DNA of 64,000 bases from Callorhinchus milii (lineage: Eukaryota): positions 53,260,001 to 53,324,000 of the forward strand of contig NW_024704743.1 in the NCBI RefSeq assembly GCF_018977255.1. Reading direction: 5' to 3'. The notes under the pieces were generated by a model. That model made no database searches. It was not told the DNA's origin and was given only the letters and a program-made list of their open reading frames with translations. Position numbers and translations under genes: made by a program. Below, in pieces: positions 61,500-64,000 of the stretch. Position 1 is the first letter of the stretch; each line of letters opens with the position of its first letter.

Positions 61500-64000
61500 G
61501 CTTGACTTGCCTTCACCCTCCCTCTGCTCCAACCTCTGTCATGCCCATCATGGCAGATACCGCTGGCTGTTCAACAGCAGCCACTCTGACTGCCGCATCC
61601 CCCATCTCCAGCACAAAGCCCATTGGTCCCTAACCCCAGGGGGCCAACCTCTCCTCCACCATCCCCTTCCCCACTCATCTCGCCCATTTCTCCACCATCA
61701 GCTGTCCTCTCCGTATCAGCCTACAAAATCTCCGCTCCCTCTACACCAAAACGCTCACCATCCAAGACCTCATTGTTGATGAAAACATCGACATCCTCAC
61801 CGAAACCTGGATCACCCCAGGTGACACCTTTCCCCTGAGCGAGACCACACCACCCGGCTACACCTTCCATCATACCCCATGACCCTATCCGCCGCAGTGG
61901 CGGTGTGGCTCTCAACTCCTGGTCCCCACTATCCCCTTACACCTCTGGAACCTTCCCCTCCTTTGAGCACCTTATCCTCTATCATCCCTTCAACCTTTCC
62001 CTCAAAATCCTCCTTATCTATCGTCCCCGCAAAAGCTCCCCCACCTTCCTCCCCGACACCTCCATCCTCCTATCTTCCCTCTCCCTCTGCTCCAAATGTC
62101 TCCTCATCCTAGGCTACTTCAACCTGCACTTCAGCCCATCCTGCTCTATCTCCACTGACTTCTCTCTCCTCTCCTCCCACAACCTCTCCCTCCACGTCAC
62201 TCCGCCACCCACGTCCATGGCGGAATCCCACGTTCGGAGTCCTGTAGCTCAGTGGTTAGAGCACTTGCTTTGCAAGCGAGAGACCTGGGTTTGATTCCCG
62301 GCAGGGTGAAACCTTGGGCAAGTTTCCTTACTACACACGCCTGATAATAATCCCTCCAAAAAAAATTAGTCACTTGAATCCACGACTGTTTGTGAGACAC
62401 TACTGTGCGCAATTGGCTGCCGCATTTTACCCATAAATATACAGTCAATTCACTTTACAGTCTATTCTGTAAAATGCTTTGAGACGTCGAGAAGACATGA
62501 AAAGCGCTATATCAAGTGCAAGGATTATTATTATTATGGCCACCTGGTTGACCAGATGATTATCCGAGGCCTCAGCATCTTGGACATCACCATCACCGAC
62601 AAAGCCATCTCGGACCATTACTTCATCTCCCTTAACAGCTCAATCCCTCTCCCCACCGCCACCCAACCCACCTTCATCTCCCCACGCTGCTGCTGTCTTC
62701 CCTAAAAACAGCCGTCATCACCCCCATCTTGAAAAANCCTTCCCTGGAACCATCCCTACTCTCCAGCTAACGCCCCATCTCTAACCTCCCATTCCTCTCC
62801 AAGGTCCTGGAATGAGTCGTCGCTCTGGTCAAAGCCACTGAAGACATTCTGAACATCTGTGATCAGGGCTCCCTCTGCCTCCCTGTCCTCCTCGATCTCT
62901 CTGCCGCCTTCGACACTGTTGACCACTCCATCCTCATACACCGCCTCTCCTCCTTACTTAATCTTCACAGACCTGCCCTTGTCTGATTCGATTCCAATCT
63001 CTCTCACCGTCTCCACTTTGTTGCCTCTAACGGTTTCTCCTCCAGCCCCCGCACTGTCACCTCTGGTGTCCCCCAGGGCTCTGTCCTTGGCCCTCTCCTC
63101 TTTAATATCTACATGCTCCCCCTTGGTGACCTCATCCGCAGACATGGGGTCAACTTCCACATGTATGTGGATGACATCCAACTCTTATCTTTCTGCCTCC
63201 ACCCTCAACTCCAGGACCACTGCTGTCCTGACAGACTGTCTGTCGGACATCAAGTCCTGGATGAGGGCAAACTTCCTACAGTTGAATGTGAACAAGACTG
63301 AGGCGCTCCTGATTGGCTCCCACCAGCGCCTCAGCACCTCAGGCTCTGGCAGCATCAACCTCCATGGTTGCACACTACAACTCACCAAACCAGTCAGGAA
63401 CCTCGGTGTCTTGTTCAAGCTTCAACTGTCTTTTCTTCCCCACATCCAAGCCATGACCTGCTCTGCCTTCCCTCACCTCCGTAACATCATCCGATTCCGC
63501 CACTACCTCACCCCTCAGGCCTCTGAAACTCTTGTTCATGCCTTCATCACCAGGCTCGACTGTGCAAATCCCGTTTGTTGGCCTTCCCAACTCTTCCCTC
63601 CACAGGCTGCAGATAATCCAGAACTCTGCAGCCCGTGTCCTCTCCTGCACCAAACTCTGTGGTGCCCTCCCTTGGTTTTACCCCCTACTCCTCTGGCTGC
63701 TTCCCCTCCTTCGAGCACCTCACCCTCTTCCATCCCTCTTTCCCACTGAAAATCCTCCTGGTCTATCTCCCTCCTAAGCCCCCCGGCTCCTTCCACACAG
63801 ACATCTCTACTCTCCCCTCTTCCCTGTCCCTCTGCTCCGAACGCCTGCTCATAATGGGCGATTTCAACCTCCACTTAAACCCCCCTTGCACCACTTCTGC
63901 CGACTTCACTGCCCTCCTCTCCTCCCTAAACCTTACTCTTCACATAAATTCACCCACCCACAACTGTGACCATGCCCTCGACCTCGTTATCACTCACGGC
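61500..64000 (+). mobile_element. L2-clade LINE mosaic (endonuclease and RT fragments; a second endonuclease fragment starts ~63680)
   Basis: DILTETWI, GGGVA, IYRPRK, LILGYFNLH, ISDHY (APE endonuclease); [25 protein letters not shown]. Confidence 0.9.
62236..62535 (+). mobile_element. tRNA-headed DeuSINE nested in the L2 endonuclease region
   Basis: Full head, core and (att)n tail; candidate target-site duplication ATGGC at 62217-62221 and 62536-62540. Confidence 0.9.

Noticed and set aside
1..64000. CRISPR arrays, operons or prokaryotic defence systems
   Set aside because: The sequence is intron-rich vertebrate DNA; I saw no regularly spaced repeat-spacer array.

Overview
Vertebrate genomic DNA, not prokaryotic. 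The repeat content (tRNA-Ala-headed DeuSINEs, CR1 and L2-clade LINEs, Penelope-type palindromes) suggests a cartilaginous fish; that assignment is inference. Two spliced + strand genes were reconstructed by hand from GT-AG boundaries and reading frame. (1) The last 12 coding exons (2443-27939, 552 aa plus stop; 5' exons lie upstream of the window) of an intact but divergent MGAT5/GnT-V-family glycosyltransferase. (2) The complete TRA2A splicing-factor gene (CpG-island promoter ~35600-36950; 8 coding exons 35973-49425, ~290 aa) with its AGAA-rich poison exon. Most ORFs in the supplied track are LINE debris or spurious. Best leads: the MGAT5-like gene may be a full-length third paralog related to CCDC126, TRA2A's neighbour in human; a candidate 150-nt in-frame TRA2A cassette exon whose 4-nt-shifted second acceptor turns it into a poison exon; a duplicated stem-loop flanking TRA2A exons 5-6; two triple tandem acceptors; and a hammerhead-ribozyme-like relic split by a SINE. 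Comparisons to human proteins and synteny are from memory and were not computed.
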